A DNA stretch of 64,000 bases from an uncultured Lachnospiraceae bacterium. GTDB taxonomy: Bacteria > Bacillota > Clostridia > Lachnospirales > Lachnospiraceae. The notes below the pieces were generated by a model that was not told the origin of the DNA, searched no databases, and was given only the letters and a program-made list of their open reading frames with translations. A program made the translations under genes and the position numbers. This document shows, one piece after another, positions 1 to 8,229 of the stretch (its first letter is position 1; every line of letters begins with the position of its first letter). The stretch spans positions 26,807 through 90,806 of the forward strand of contig CABREP010000001.1 of assembly GCA_902469965.1 (NCBI GenBank), in the 5' to 3' direction.

Positions 1-714
1 CTCTTTGATCCGTGCCCGCATCTCTTTCTCGGACATCATCTTGCTGGTCCAGGTGACCGGATTGTTGGCGGGGCACAGCTCCCAGTACATGTTCATGTAG
101 GTGTCGGCTACGCCGCCGTAGTAACCGTGCTGATAATAGTCGTCGGTGTAGGACAGGGGCATGATACATACCAGATGGGGAGGCTGCAGAGCGGCGGCCA
201 GAGCCTGGATGATCCCGAAATAGGAATAACCCAGAAGAGCAACTTTTTCGGTAGACCACTGGCACTGGGTGCCTGCCCACTCGATGGTGTCGTAGACATC
301 TTCCTGCTCCTGGGGATTGTAGATGCCAAGGAACTCGCCTTCGCTCTCGCCGATTCCTCTGGGATCGGGGATGATAAAGGTGTAGCCTCTTTCTACAAAG
401 AAATCAATGTCGCCGGCTTCCAGAGAGTGGTCAAAGTAGTTGGATTCTCCCGGAAGGGCGCCGTGACGCATCATCTGCATATGTTTTCCGTAAGCGGACC
501 AGGCAATCAGAGAGGGAGCTTTGTCGATCTCTGCAGGGTGATAAACATCCGCATAGATTTTGCATCCGTCCCGGAGAATGATTTCCACATCCTCTTCTTT
601 TTTAACTGTGTAAACAGGTTTGGAGAGCTGATCCAGATTTTTGGTGTAACGGCGATCCCAATAAACAGGAACTTTATCAAGACCAGTTACTTCACAAAAT
701 TCAGTTGTCTTCAT
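1..714 (-). CDS. CocE/NonD (S15 X-Pro dipeptidyl-peptidase-like) family hydrolase. Only the N-terminal 238 codons are present; the 3' end lies beyond the window edge.
   Basis: This gene is absent from the ORF track because it is edge-truncated. Hand translation of the minus strand from ATG 714-712 (AGGAGGT RBS at 727-721) gives MKTTEFCEVTGLDKVPVYWDRRYTKNLDQL...LLGYSYFGIIQALAAALQPPHLVCIMP...YYQHGYYGG. It is collinear with the 8230-10050 product and roughly half identical to it by eye. A GYSYFG nucleophile-type motif is present. Confidence 0.85.
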   Translation of the reverse strand, partial: MKTTEFCEVTGLDKVPVYWDRRYTKNLDQLSKPVYTVKKEEDVEIILRDGCKIYADVYHPAEIDKAPSLIAWSAYGKHMQMMRHGALPGESNYFDHSLEAGDIDFFVERGYTFIIPDPRGIGESEGEFLGIYNPQEQEDVYDTIEWAGTQCQWSTEKVALLGYSYFGIIQALAAALQPPHLVCIMPLSYTDDYYQHGYYGGVADTYMNMYWELCPANNPVTWTSKMMSEKEMRARIKE

Positions 715-836
715 AAGTGTACCTCCTTTGCGTTCTTTGCGTCAACTTATGTGATAAGTATACAAAAAAAAGATATGGCTGTCTGTCTGATGTGTGACAT
801 ATGCTCATATCTTTTTTTGTGTTTGAATTTTGAAAG

Positions 837-1556
837 TTATCCTTCTATTTCACTGTTCAGAATAATATCGAGAAGTGCATCCAGATCAAGGATACAGAGA
901 CGCCCCCGTTCAGTGGAAATAATGCCCTGGCGGCGCCATTCTCCCAGAATTTTTGCAGCTGTCTGACGGGCCATGCCGGAAGAGGCAGCCAGAGCGGACT
1001 GGGTTACCCGGATATTCATACACTTTTGCCGGTTGTTGGTGGTCAGATTCACCAGGGTAAACGCCAGACGGCCGGAAGCGTCCAGATACATGGAATTTAC
1101 CATGTTTTGAGCGCTGTTGTTAAGACGCTCGATCAGCTCCAGGATAATGACCCGGCACACACTGGTGTTGCTCCAGATGGTGTCCAGGAACTGAGCGCGG
1201 CTGATCGCTACCAGACAGGTATCTTCCAGGGCGATTGCGGTGTTGGGGTAAGTCTTGCTGGAGAGAATACCCATTTCTCCAAAATATTCTCCGGCGCTGC
1301 GGATTTTAACCAGTACATCTACGCTGGCGCCGTAGTAGACCGATTCTACTACGTAGCCGGATTTGATCAGGTAGAGGTAGCTGGAGGAATCATCTTTCTG
1401 ATAAATAATACTGCCTTTTTTCTTAAGGCTCAGTTTGGCGCCTGAAGCAAGACGCTCCAGTTCTTCCGGTGGAAGTTTGCCGAACAGAGCTGTGGATTTG
1501 AGAAACTGGGTAATCTGGACCAGGTCAGAAGGCGTGGTTTTTCGGGCTGTGATCAT
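837..1556 (-). CDS. Crp/Fnr family transcriptional regulator (cNMP-binding domain plus C-terminal HTH)
   Basis: 239 aa. The N-terminal beta-roll pattern (FGKLPPEELERL...GEYFGEMGIL) and the C-terminal HTH (VTQSALAASSGMARQTAAKILGEWRRQGII) are present. Confidence 0.9.
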   Translation of the reverse strand: MITARKTTPSDLVQITQFLKSTALFGKLPPEELERLASGAKLSLKKKGSIIYQKDDSSSYLYLIKSGYVVESVYYGASVDVLVKIRSAGEYFGEMGILSSKTYPNTAIALEDTCLVAISRAQFLDTIWSNTSVCRVIILELIERLNNSAQNMVNSMYLDASGRLAFTLVNLTTNNRQKCMNIRVTQSALAASSGMARQTAAKILGEWRRQGIISTERGRLCILDLDALLDIILNSEIEG

Positions 1557-1770
1557 AATCTGTCTCCTTTCTGATGTAAATCATGTCCAAAGTTCCATAT
1601 CTATTTAAATATAGCAGGGAAATGGTAAAAGTACAACTGAAAAAAGAAAAAAGCAGGAAAATATATTGTACAAAATATATAGTATAAAATGGTATAATCC
1701 GGTAAGCGAAATCATAAATGACAAAGAAGAAAAGAAAATGAAAGAAAAAATATAAAAAATGCACAGAAAT

Positions 1771-1786
1771 TGTCACCTGGCTGACA
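1771..1786. promoter_or_regulatory. Candidate Crp/Fnr-type operator, TGTCA-N6-TGACA
   Basis: A perfect 5-6-5 palindrome TGTCACCTGGCTGACA lies in the AT-rich divergent intergenic region between the crp-like gene and the permease. It sits 64 nt upstream of the permease ATG. Confidence 0.4.
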
Positions 1787-1849
1787 CTGTATGAGGAGGA
1801 AATCGGATATAGTGGGGATAACAAATATCGAACGAGAGAGGTGTTGCGA

Positions 1850-3259
1850 ATGAAAAAACAAAAAATGGGTCTTATGTCATGTATCCTTATGGGAATCGGC
1901 AGTATTATCGGGGCGAGCGTTTTTGCCTCCACTCCGATCGCGATCAAGATCGTGGGAGGACACGGAATTGTAATCGGATTTATCCTGGCGGCGCTGGTTG
2001 TATTTGTCCGCAGTATTCCGGAAATGCTTCTCGGTTCCTCCCTGCCGGCGACAGGCGGTTCCTACATGTATCTGACCCGTCTGGTCCACCCGATCGCGGG
2101 AGCGATGGACGCGTTCAACGAGCTGATGGTAGGCGTTATGAAGATTGCCACCATGTCGCTGACCTTTTCCACGTATTTTAAGTACATCCTTCCCGAATGT
2201 CCGGAACAGGTATCGGCGGTTATCGCGATCGTTGTATTTACCATTATTTCCTGTTTCGGTCTGAAGACTTCCGCTATGGTACAGAATGTCTGTGTGGCAA
2301 TCCTGGTGGTAGCTCTGGGCTGCTTCATTTTCCTGGGCTGGGGAAATACGGCGATCAGCCTGGGCGCAGTGCTCTCTGACACGGTGCAGCTCTCCGCACT
2401 GTGGGCAGCCATGGGAATCCTGCATGGTTCTCTGATTGGAGCCAACGTGCTGGTGTACTCCGCAGAGGAGATTGAGGATCCGGGCAAATCCATCCCCATC
2501 GCTTACCTGGTATCCACTCTTTTTACGGCTATCGTGTACGCTCTGATCGGTTACGTTACCGTAGGCGTGGCAGAGCAGGATGGGTTCCAGGCGATCTTTG
2601 CCATCAATGATCTGGCTCAGGTGGCTGACAAGTATATGGGACCGGCAATGTTTATCTTCTTTATCGCGGGCGGTGCGCTTCTGGCAGTTGTCACCAGCAT
2701 CAACTCTGCGATGATGATGTTTGCCCGCATTAACTTTGCAGCAGCCAGAGATGGCCTGTTCCCCAGCGCAGTCAGCAAGCTGAACAAGCACGGTGCGCCG
2801 GTAGTGTCCCTGTGGTTTAACTCCATTCTGGCCATTATCTGTATCGTGGCCAACTTTAATCTGGAAGACGTGGTAAAGATTACTTCTATCCCGGGACTGT
2901 TCCTGACTCCGGTTACTTTCCTGGCGGTTTATACCATTAAGAACAAATATCCCAATGCCTATGCAAACCGGACGATCAAGACGCCGCACTGGCTGAACTG
3001 TCTGATGACCACGGTTGCCATCGTACTCTGTCTGGTTCTGGGCTGGTATGTGTTCGGAACGATGGAGATGCGCCACTATATCCTGATGGCGGTGTACTAT
3101 GCGGTTGCCCTGTTCTATACTATTTTCCGGTATTATCACCTGAAACAGAAAGGGGAGAGCCTGTTTGGAAATATGAGTCAGATCTATCAGCCCTGGGAGA
3201 AGCTGGAGGAAGAGTCTATCAAGGCGCTGGGAGATAAGGCGATCGTGAAAAAGAAATAA
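1850..3259 (+). CDS. APC superfamily amino acid permease
   Basis: The ORF 1841-3259 encodes a polytopic membrane protein (about 12 hydrophobic segments, MGIGSIIGASVF motif). ATG 1850 is preferred as the start because the GAGAGAGGTG RBS ends about 7 nt upstream. Confidence 0.9.
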   Translation: MKKQKMGLMSCILMGIGSIIGASVFASTPIAIKIVGGHGIVIGFILAALVVFVRSIPEMLLGSSLPATGGSYMYLTRLVHPIAGAMDAFNELMVGVMKIATMSLTFSTYFKYILPECPEQVSAVIAIVVFTIISCFGLKTSAMVQNVCVAILVVALGCFIFLGWGNTAISLGAVLSDTVQLSALWAAMGILHGSLIGANVLVYSAEEIEDPGKSIPIAYLVSTLFTAIVYALIGYVTVGVAEQDGFQAIFAINDLAQVADKYMGPAMFIFFIAGGALLAVVTSINSAMMMFARINFAAARDGLFPSAVSKLNKHGAPVVSLWFNSILAIICIVANFNLEDVVKITSIPGLFLTPVTFLAVYTIKNKYPNAYANRTIKTPHWLNCLMTTVAIVLCLVLGWYVFGTMEMRHYILMAVYYAVALFYTIFRYYHLKQKGESLFGNMSQIYQPWEKLEEESIKALGDKAIVKKK

Positions 3260-3286
3260 AAACAGATAAGAGAGAAGAACGTGACT

Positions 3287-3321
3287 GGAACCGGCGCAGA
3301 AGATGTGCCGGTTCCTTTTTG
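3287..3321 (+). terminator. Rho-independent terminator after the permease gene
   Basis: GGAACCGGC (3287-3295) pairs with GCCGGTTCC (3307-3315) and is followed by TTTTT. Confidence 0.75.
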
Positions 3322-3405
3322 GATTCCATTTTTTGAGAACAGGAAGATTGCAGTTTCCGGCGGAAAGGGATATAATTGTCAGAAGAGGAAAGGAGAAGTG
3401 TGCGT

Positions 3406-4431
3406 ATGAGATTAAAAACTATGCAAAAAACAGTAATTACCCTGTGTCTGGCCGCGCTTGCCGGACTGGCGGCTCCCGCGCCGGTTCACGGGGAAGAGCC
3501 TATCCAGATCACCGATCCTGATTTTCAGGTGGACGGGGAGGGAAGGCTGACTGCTTATACCGGATCGGAGACGCATGTGGTGATCCCGGATGGGGTGAAG
3601 ATCCTGGGGGGAGATCCCAACAAGAGTATTTTTGAGGATGCGCAGGAGCCGGTGCAGAGTGTGGTGATCCCGGATAGCGTGACGGAGATCAGCGAGGGAG
3701 CATTTGTAGACTGCAGGGATCTGCAGGAGGTGACGATGGGAAATGGAGTGACCCGGATCGGCGCTTTCGCATTTTTCGGCTGCTCGAATCTGAAGACGAT
3801 TTCCCTGCCGGAGGGACTAGAGGAGATCGCCCCGAAGGCTTTTTGCTTCTGCCAGAGCCTGGAGACGCTGGAACTGCCTTCCAGCCTGCGGACGATAGAG
3901 TTTGAGGCCTTTGGAAACTGTTCTCTTCTGAGAAATATCAGGATTCCCGATGGGGTCAGGACGATTCCCCAGGACACCTTTTTTCAGTGTTACAGCCTGG
4001 AGGAACTGTATATTCCCTCCAGCGTGACCAGGATTGGGACGGGAAGCACGATGAGGCCCGAGAGCGATGAGGATTCGGCCGGTCTGGAGGACAGCAAAAA
4101 TCTGACCATCTACGGTGCGGCGGGCAGTGCGGCGCAGGAGTATGCAGAGGAGAATCAGATTCCTTTTGTGGAGGATGCAAGTCTGCAGAGCACCCTCGCC
4201 CCGGAGCCGGAGGAAGAAGAACCGGAGAAGGAGACAAAGCCCGGGAAGGAAGAGGAGCAGAAGGAGGGAAAAGAGGAGGACGTGGAGGTGGAAGAAGGAA
4301 ATCAGGAAAAAGAAGAGGAACCTTCTGTCAGCCGGACGATGATCCTGGGACTGACTGTGGGAGCGGCTGTTCTCATGGTTATTCTGATCGCGGTGATGAT
4401 TCGGATCGCAGGGAACAGCCGCAGAAGATAA
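3406..4431 (+). CDS. BspA-type leucine-rich-repeat surface protein with signal peptide, acidic linker and C-terminal TM anchor
   Basis: It has repeated units of the form IP.SV..I...AF..C..L..I (at least 6 units), an N-terminal signal-like LCLAALAGLAAPAPVHG, an E/K-rich linker and a terminal hydrophobic helix followed by RRR. ATG 3406 follows an AGGAAAGGAGAAG RBS. Confidence 0.8.
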   Translation: MRLKTMQKTVITLCLAALAGLAAPAPVHGEEPIQITDPDFQVDGEGRLTAYTGSETHVVIPDGVKILGGDPNKSIFEDAQEPVQSVVIPDSVTEISEGAFVDCRDLQEVTMGNGVTRIGAFAFFGCSNLKTISLPEGLEEIAPKAFCFCQSLETLELPSSLRTIEFEAFGNCSLLRNIRIPDGVRTIPQDTFFQCYSLEELYIPSSVTRIGTGSTMRPESDEDSAGLEDSKNLTIYGAAGSAAQEYAEENQIPFVEDASLQSTLAPEPEEEEPEKETKPGKEEEQKEGKEEDVEVEEGNQEKEEEPSVSRTMILGLTVGAAVLMVILIAVMIRIAGNSRRR

Positions 4432-4464
4432 AAGAAAATACAAAGATGAAAACAGGTACGCAGA

Positions 4465-5397
4465 TCACAGCGTGAGCTTGAGGAATTCTTCCATGGCTCT
4501 TGTGATGTACCTGTTTTTTTTGTGGTAAAAATAGATTTCCCGGCGGGCTTCCTGTAGGGGAAGCTTATAGTAGCACATCTCCACATTCCGTGGGAGGGTT
4601 CGGATCAGGGTATCGCTGACGAAGGAGCAGCCCATGCCGAAGCAGGACAGATTGAAGGCAGTGATCTGCTGATCCAGTTTCAGCACCACCCGGGGCTGGA
4701 AATTCCAGAGCTGGCAGATCCGTTCGGCTCTCTGGCGGGTATCATTTCCGGAACGGAGGAATAAAAAGGGTTCCCGGGAAAAAAGAGAAAGAGGAACGCA
4801 GGGAACGGAATCCTCAAGAAAGCGGGAAGACAGGATGTCCTCCCGGGTCAGCAGGTAGGATTTTGCCGCTGTGTTGGAGGCGAAACAGGGCGGAACGGCC
4901 AGCAGGAGATGTTCGCTCTGATAGCGGTGGCATTGATAGACGTTTGGATCCAGCTGGGAATTGTCGATCACCAGATCCAGGATGCCGGCGAAAAGGCGTT
5001 TTTTCAGCTGGGCGGAGTCGGCTTCCTCCAGGCGGATGTTTACAGCGGGAAAGCGCTGAGTGAAACGGGTCAGAAGGGGGGGAAGGACAAAAGAGGTATA
5101 CAGGTTGCTGCCTCCGATGGCGATGTGCCCGGTCTTCAGTTCATTAAAATCGTTGAGGTAATTTTCAAATCCGGATTCAATGTCCATGATTTTTTCCATG
5201 GAGCGGATGTATTCTTTTCCGCACTCGGTGAGCTGGATCGGCGTGGTGCTCCGGTCGAAGAGCGGCGTGCCGATCCGGTTTTCAATCTTCTTGATGGTGG
5301 CGCTCAAAGAAGGCTGAGAGATGTAGAGATTCTGGGCAGCCCTGGAAAAACTGCGGGTTTTATAGACTTCGTATACGTATTCCATTCCCTGAAACAT
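4465..5397 (-). CDS. LysR family transcriptional regulator
   Basis: 310 aa. The N-terminal wHTH (FSRAAQNLYISQPSLSATIKKIENRIGTPLFDR) is followed by a substrate-binding domain. An AGGAGG RBS lies 5-6 nt upstream of ATG 5397. Confidence 0.9.
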   Translation of the reverse strand: MFQGMEYVYEVYKTRSFSRAAQNLYISQPSLSATIKKIENRIGTPLFDRSTTPIQLTECGKEYIRSMEKIMDIESGFENYLNDFNELKTGHIAIGGSNLYTSFVLPPLLTRFTQRFPAVNIRLEEADSAQLKKRLFAGILDLVIDNSQLDPNVYQCHRYQSEHLLLAVPPCFASNTAAKSYLLTREDILSSRFLEDSVPCVPLSLFSREPFLFLRSGNDTRQRAERICQLWNFQPRVVLKLDQQITAFNLSCFGMGCSFVSDTLIRTLPRNVEMCYYKLPLQEARREIYFYHKKNRYITRAMEEFLKLTL

Positions 5398-5408
5398 AGA
5401 GGCCTCCT

Positions 5409-5424
5409 ATAAATAAATATTTAT
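5409..5424. promoter_or_regulatory. Possible LysR-type T-N11-A palindrome (ATAAATA-aa-TATTTAT)
   Basis: A 7-2-7 palindrome lies in the divergent lysR/aminotransferase intergenic region. AT-rich context makes a chance occurrence plausible. Confidence 0.3.
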
Positions 5425-5538
5425 GATAAGTATACTGATATATATTTGAATTTATTATATCCTGACAATATAATAGTGGCAAGAAGAAAATAAAAGAAAG
5501 TTTTGGTGAACATTCACAAAACAAGGAGGAGGTGCGTT

Positions 5539-6825
5539 TTGAAAGAGATCACTGCGTATACCAGAGAAGAGTTAAAAGAGCTGGAGAAAAAGCTGGCCGA
5601 GGAGTATGCAGTCTGGAAGGAAAAGGGGCTGTCTTTGAATATGGCCCGGGGCAAACCGGCGGCTGCCCAGCTGGATCTGAGCAGCGAAATGCTGACCGGG
5701 GGACTGGATTCCTGGAAGACGGAGGATGGCCTGGATGCGAGAAATTACGGCGTTTTGGACGGTATCCCCGAGTGCAGACGGCTGTTTGGCGATCTTCTGG
5801 GGATTCCGGCGGATCAGATCATCATCGGCGGAAACTCCAGCCTGAACATGATGTACGATATGATGGCGCGGCTGTGCCTGTTTGGAACGCAGGGGGAGAA
5901 GCCGTGGAAGTTCTGGGAGTATGAGGGGAAAACGGTGAGATTTCTCTGTCCCTCCCCCGGATATGACCGTCATTTTGCGATCTGCGAGGCGCTGGGCATT
6001 GAGATGATCCCGGTGAGGCTGACGGAGGACGGCCCGGATATGGATGAGGTAGAAGGGCTGGCGGCTTCTGATGAGAGAATCAAGGGAATCTGGTGCGTTC
6101 CTCTGCATTCCAATCCCCAGGGTGTCTGCTACAGCAATCGAGTAGTAGAACGTCTGGCATTAATGAAAACGGCGGCGCCTGATTTCAGAATTTTCTGGGA
6201 TAATGCTTACGGGGTACATCATATTTATGAAGATGTTCCTCTGAAGGATATTCTGGAGGACTGCCGGGAAGCGGGAAATGAAAACAGAGTATATTACTTT
6301 TTCTCTACATCCAAGATTACCTTCCCAGGAGCGGGCGTGGCTCTTGTGGCTTCCGGATTGGGAAACATCGCGGAGATAAAAAGGGAGATGAGTGCGCAGA
6401 CCATTGGTCATGACAAGCTGAATCAGCTCCGCCATGTGCAGTATTTTAAAAATGCTGAGGGAGTGCGGGAACATATGCGGGCGCTGGCAGGAGAACTTCG
6501 TCCGAAATTTGATATTGTTCTGGAAAAACTGGAGGAACATCTGGATGGAACCGGGCTTATGACATGGAGCAGGCCGAAGGGAGGCTATTTTGTTTCTGTG
6601 GATACGCTTCCCGGATGTGCCGGCGAAACGGTTCGGCTGGCTCGGGAAGCCGGCGTTACTCTGACCGGGGCAGGAGCGACCTATCCCTATGGAAAAGATC
6701 CGAAGGACAGCAATATTCGTATTGCACCGTCTTTCCCCGTTCCTGAAGAACTGGAGCAGGCGATGGATCTGTTTTGCCTGTGCGTGAAGCTGGCAGGTGT
6801 ACGAAAACTCTTGAATGAAAAATAA
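5539..6825 (+). CDS. PLP-dependent aminotransferase, class I/II fold
   Basis: The product has an NMARGKP...NPQG...FFSTSKITFPGAGVA pattern, with a Lys in STSK as the putative PLP lysine. TTG 5539 is preferred over ATG 5503 because AAGGAGGAGG (5523-5532) lies 6 nt upstream. Confidence 0.85.
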   Translation: MKEITAYTREELKELEKKLAEEYAVWKEKGLSLNMARGKPAAAQLDLSSEMLTGGLDSWKTEDGLDARNYGVLDGIPECRRLFGDLLGIPADQIIIGGNSSLNMMYDMMARLCLFGTQGEKPWKFWEYEGKTVRFLCPSPGYDRHFAICEALGIEMIPVRLTEDGPDMDEVEGLAASDERIKGIWCVPLHSNPQGVCYSNRVVERLALMKTAAPDFRIFWDNAYGVHHIYEDVPLKDILEDCREAGNENRVYYFFSTSKITFPGAGVALVASGLGNIAEIKREMSAQTIGHDKLNQLRHVQYFKNAEGVREHMRALAGELRPKFDIVLEKLEEHLDGTGLMTWSRPKGGYFVSVDTLPGCAGETVRLAREAGVTLTGAGATYPYGKDPKDSNIRIAPSFPVPEELEQAMDLFCLCVKLAGVRKLLNEK

Positions 6826-6845
6826 AAAGAAAAGAGGAAAAAATC

Positions 6846-8108
6846 ATGGCAGAAAAGTATAATCCGTATGACAATGTGCTTAAAGTTGTAAAGCAGGCAG
6901 CGGAAATCCTGGGTTATGAGGAGAGCGACTATGAGGCGATCAAATACCCGGAGCGGGAGTTGAAGGTTTCCGTTCCCGTGCAGATGGACGATGGTACGGT
7001 AAAGGTATTTGAGGGATACCGGATTCAACATTCAACCTCCAGAGGACCGGCTAAGGGCGGAATCCGTTTCCATCCCAATGTAAATAACGATGAAGTAAAG
7101 GCGCTGGCAGCATGGATGACCTTTAAGTGTGCGGTTGTAGGAATTCCCTATGGTGGTGGTAAGGGAGGCGTAATCTGTGATCCTTCCCAACTTTCCGAGC
7201 GGGAAATGCGGGCGATTACCCGTCGTTTTACCGCCAGTATAGCTCCTCTGATTGGACCGGATCAGGATATTCCGGCTCCCGATGTGGGAACTAACGCACA
7301 GGTTATGGGCTGGATGATGGATACTTACAGTATGCTTAAAGGCCACTGTGTACCCGGCGTTGTAACGGGCAAACCCATTGAACTGGGCGGTGCTCTGGGC
7401 AGAAGTGAGGCTACCGGACGTGGTGTTATGCTTACGACGAAAAATATTCTTGCAAAAATGGGAATTCCGATGGAAGGAACAGATGTGGTGATTCAGGGAA
7501 TGGGTAATGTAGGAAGTATCAGCGCCAAACTGCTTCACCGGGAAGGTATGAAGGTTGTGGCAGTCAGCGATGTATCCGGCGGTATTTATAATCCGGACGG
7601 ATTGAATATTCCTGCAATTCTGGAGTATCTGTCAAAAGACAGAAAGAATCTGCTCAGCGGCTATGAGGAGCCGGGTATGAAGCGGATTGACAATGCGGAG
7701 ATTCTGACCATGAAGACAACTGTTCTGGTTCCGGCAGCGCTGGAGAATCAGATTAATGCGGATAATGCAGAGAAAATTCAGGCCAAGCTGATCGTAGAAG
7801 CAGCCAACGGTCCGACTACGGCAGAGGCAGATGAAATCCTGGAGCGTCGTGGAATTACGGTTGTTCCGGATATTTTGACCAATGCCGGCGGCGTTGTAGT
7901 ATCCTATTTTGAGTGGGTACAGAATATTCAGTCGGTCAGCTGGACAGAAGAACATGTAAATGAAGAGTTGAAAAAGATTATGGATAAAGCATTCTATGCC
8001 GTATGGGATATTACCCAGGAAAAACAGGTTACGATGCGGACTGGCGCTTATCTGATCGCAGTAAAGAGAGTTGTTGAGGCTAAAAAAGCAAGAGGGATCT
8101 GGCCGTAA
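6846..8108 (+). CDS. gdhA: NAD(P)-dependent glutamate dehydrogenase (Glu/Leu/Phe/Val dehydrogenase family)
   Basis: 420 aa with the signature KGGIRFHP...AAWMTFKCAVVGIPYGGGKGG and a Rossmann GMGNVG motif. Confidence 0.93.
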   Translation: MAEKYNPYDNVLKVVKQAAEILGYEESDYEAIKYPERELKVSVPVQMDDGTVKVFEGYRIQHSTSRGPAKGGIRFHPNVNNDEVKALAAWMTFKCAVVGIPYGGGKGGVICDPSQLSEREMRAITRRFTASIAPLIGPDQDIPAPDVGTNAQVMGWMMDTYSMLKGHCVPGVVTGKPIELGGALGRSEATGRGVMLTTKNILAKMGIPMEGTDVVIQGMGNVGSISAKLLHREGMKVVAVSDVSGGIYNPDGLNIPAILEYLSKDRKNLLSGYEEPGMKRIDNAEILTMKTTVLVPAALENQINADNAEKIQAKLIVEAANGPTTAEADEILERRGITVVPDILTNAGGVVVSYFEWVQNIQSVSWTEEHVNEELKKIMDKAFYAVWDITQEKQVTMRTGAYLIAVKRVVEAKKARGIWP

Positions 8109-8155
8109 ATAAGAATTTTGTTTTTCTTGTGCCGTCTCATTAAAAAAATGCAAAA

Positions 8156-8174
8156 TTGTCATGTTACATGACAA
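8156..8174. promoter_or_regulatory. Perfect 19-bp palindrome TTGTCATGT-T-ACATGACAA, a candidate operator
   Basis: It has 9-bp perfect arms around a single central nucleotide. It lies about 20 bp upstream of a TATAAT (8195-8200) and 56 nt upstream of the hydrolase ATG. Confidence 0.4.
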
Positions 8175-8229
8175 CATCGCCTTCTTTTTTTTAGTATAAT
8201 TAGCCTATAAACAAAAGGAGGTTCGCAAT

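Noticed and set aside
770-830. An AAAAAAAGATATG...CATATCTTTTTTT inverted repeat between the crp-like gene and the edge hydrolase, considered as a terminator.
   Set aside because: The stem is only 6-7 bp of AT-rich pairing around a loop of about 28 nt. That is too weak to call, though it may still be a leaky terminator or operator.
127-966. A 279-aa plus-strand ORF from the track covering the left edge.
   Set aside because: It is antisense to a much better gene. The minus strand from 714 to 1 translates into a CocE/NonD hydrolase N-terminus with a strong RBS and clear paralogy to 8230-10050. The plus-strand product is low-complexity, has no RBS and runs through the crp-like gene's 3' end.
1877-3139. 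A 420-aa minus-strand ORF antisense to the APC permease.
   Set aside because: It is a shadow ORF. The product is rich in R/H/Q/G low-complexity sequence, has no RBS, and is fully contained within a well-supported polytopic transporter gene.
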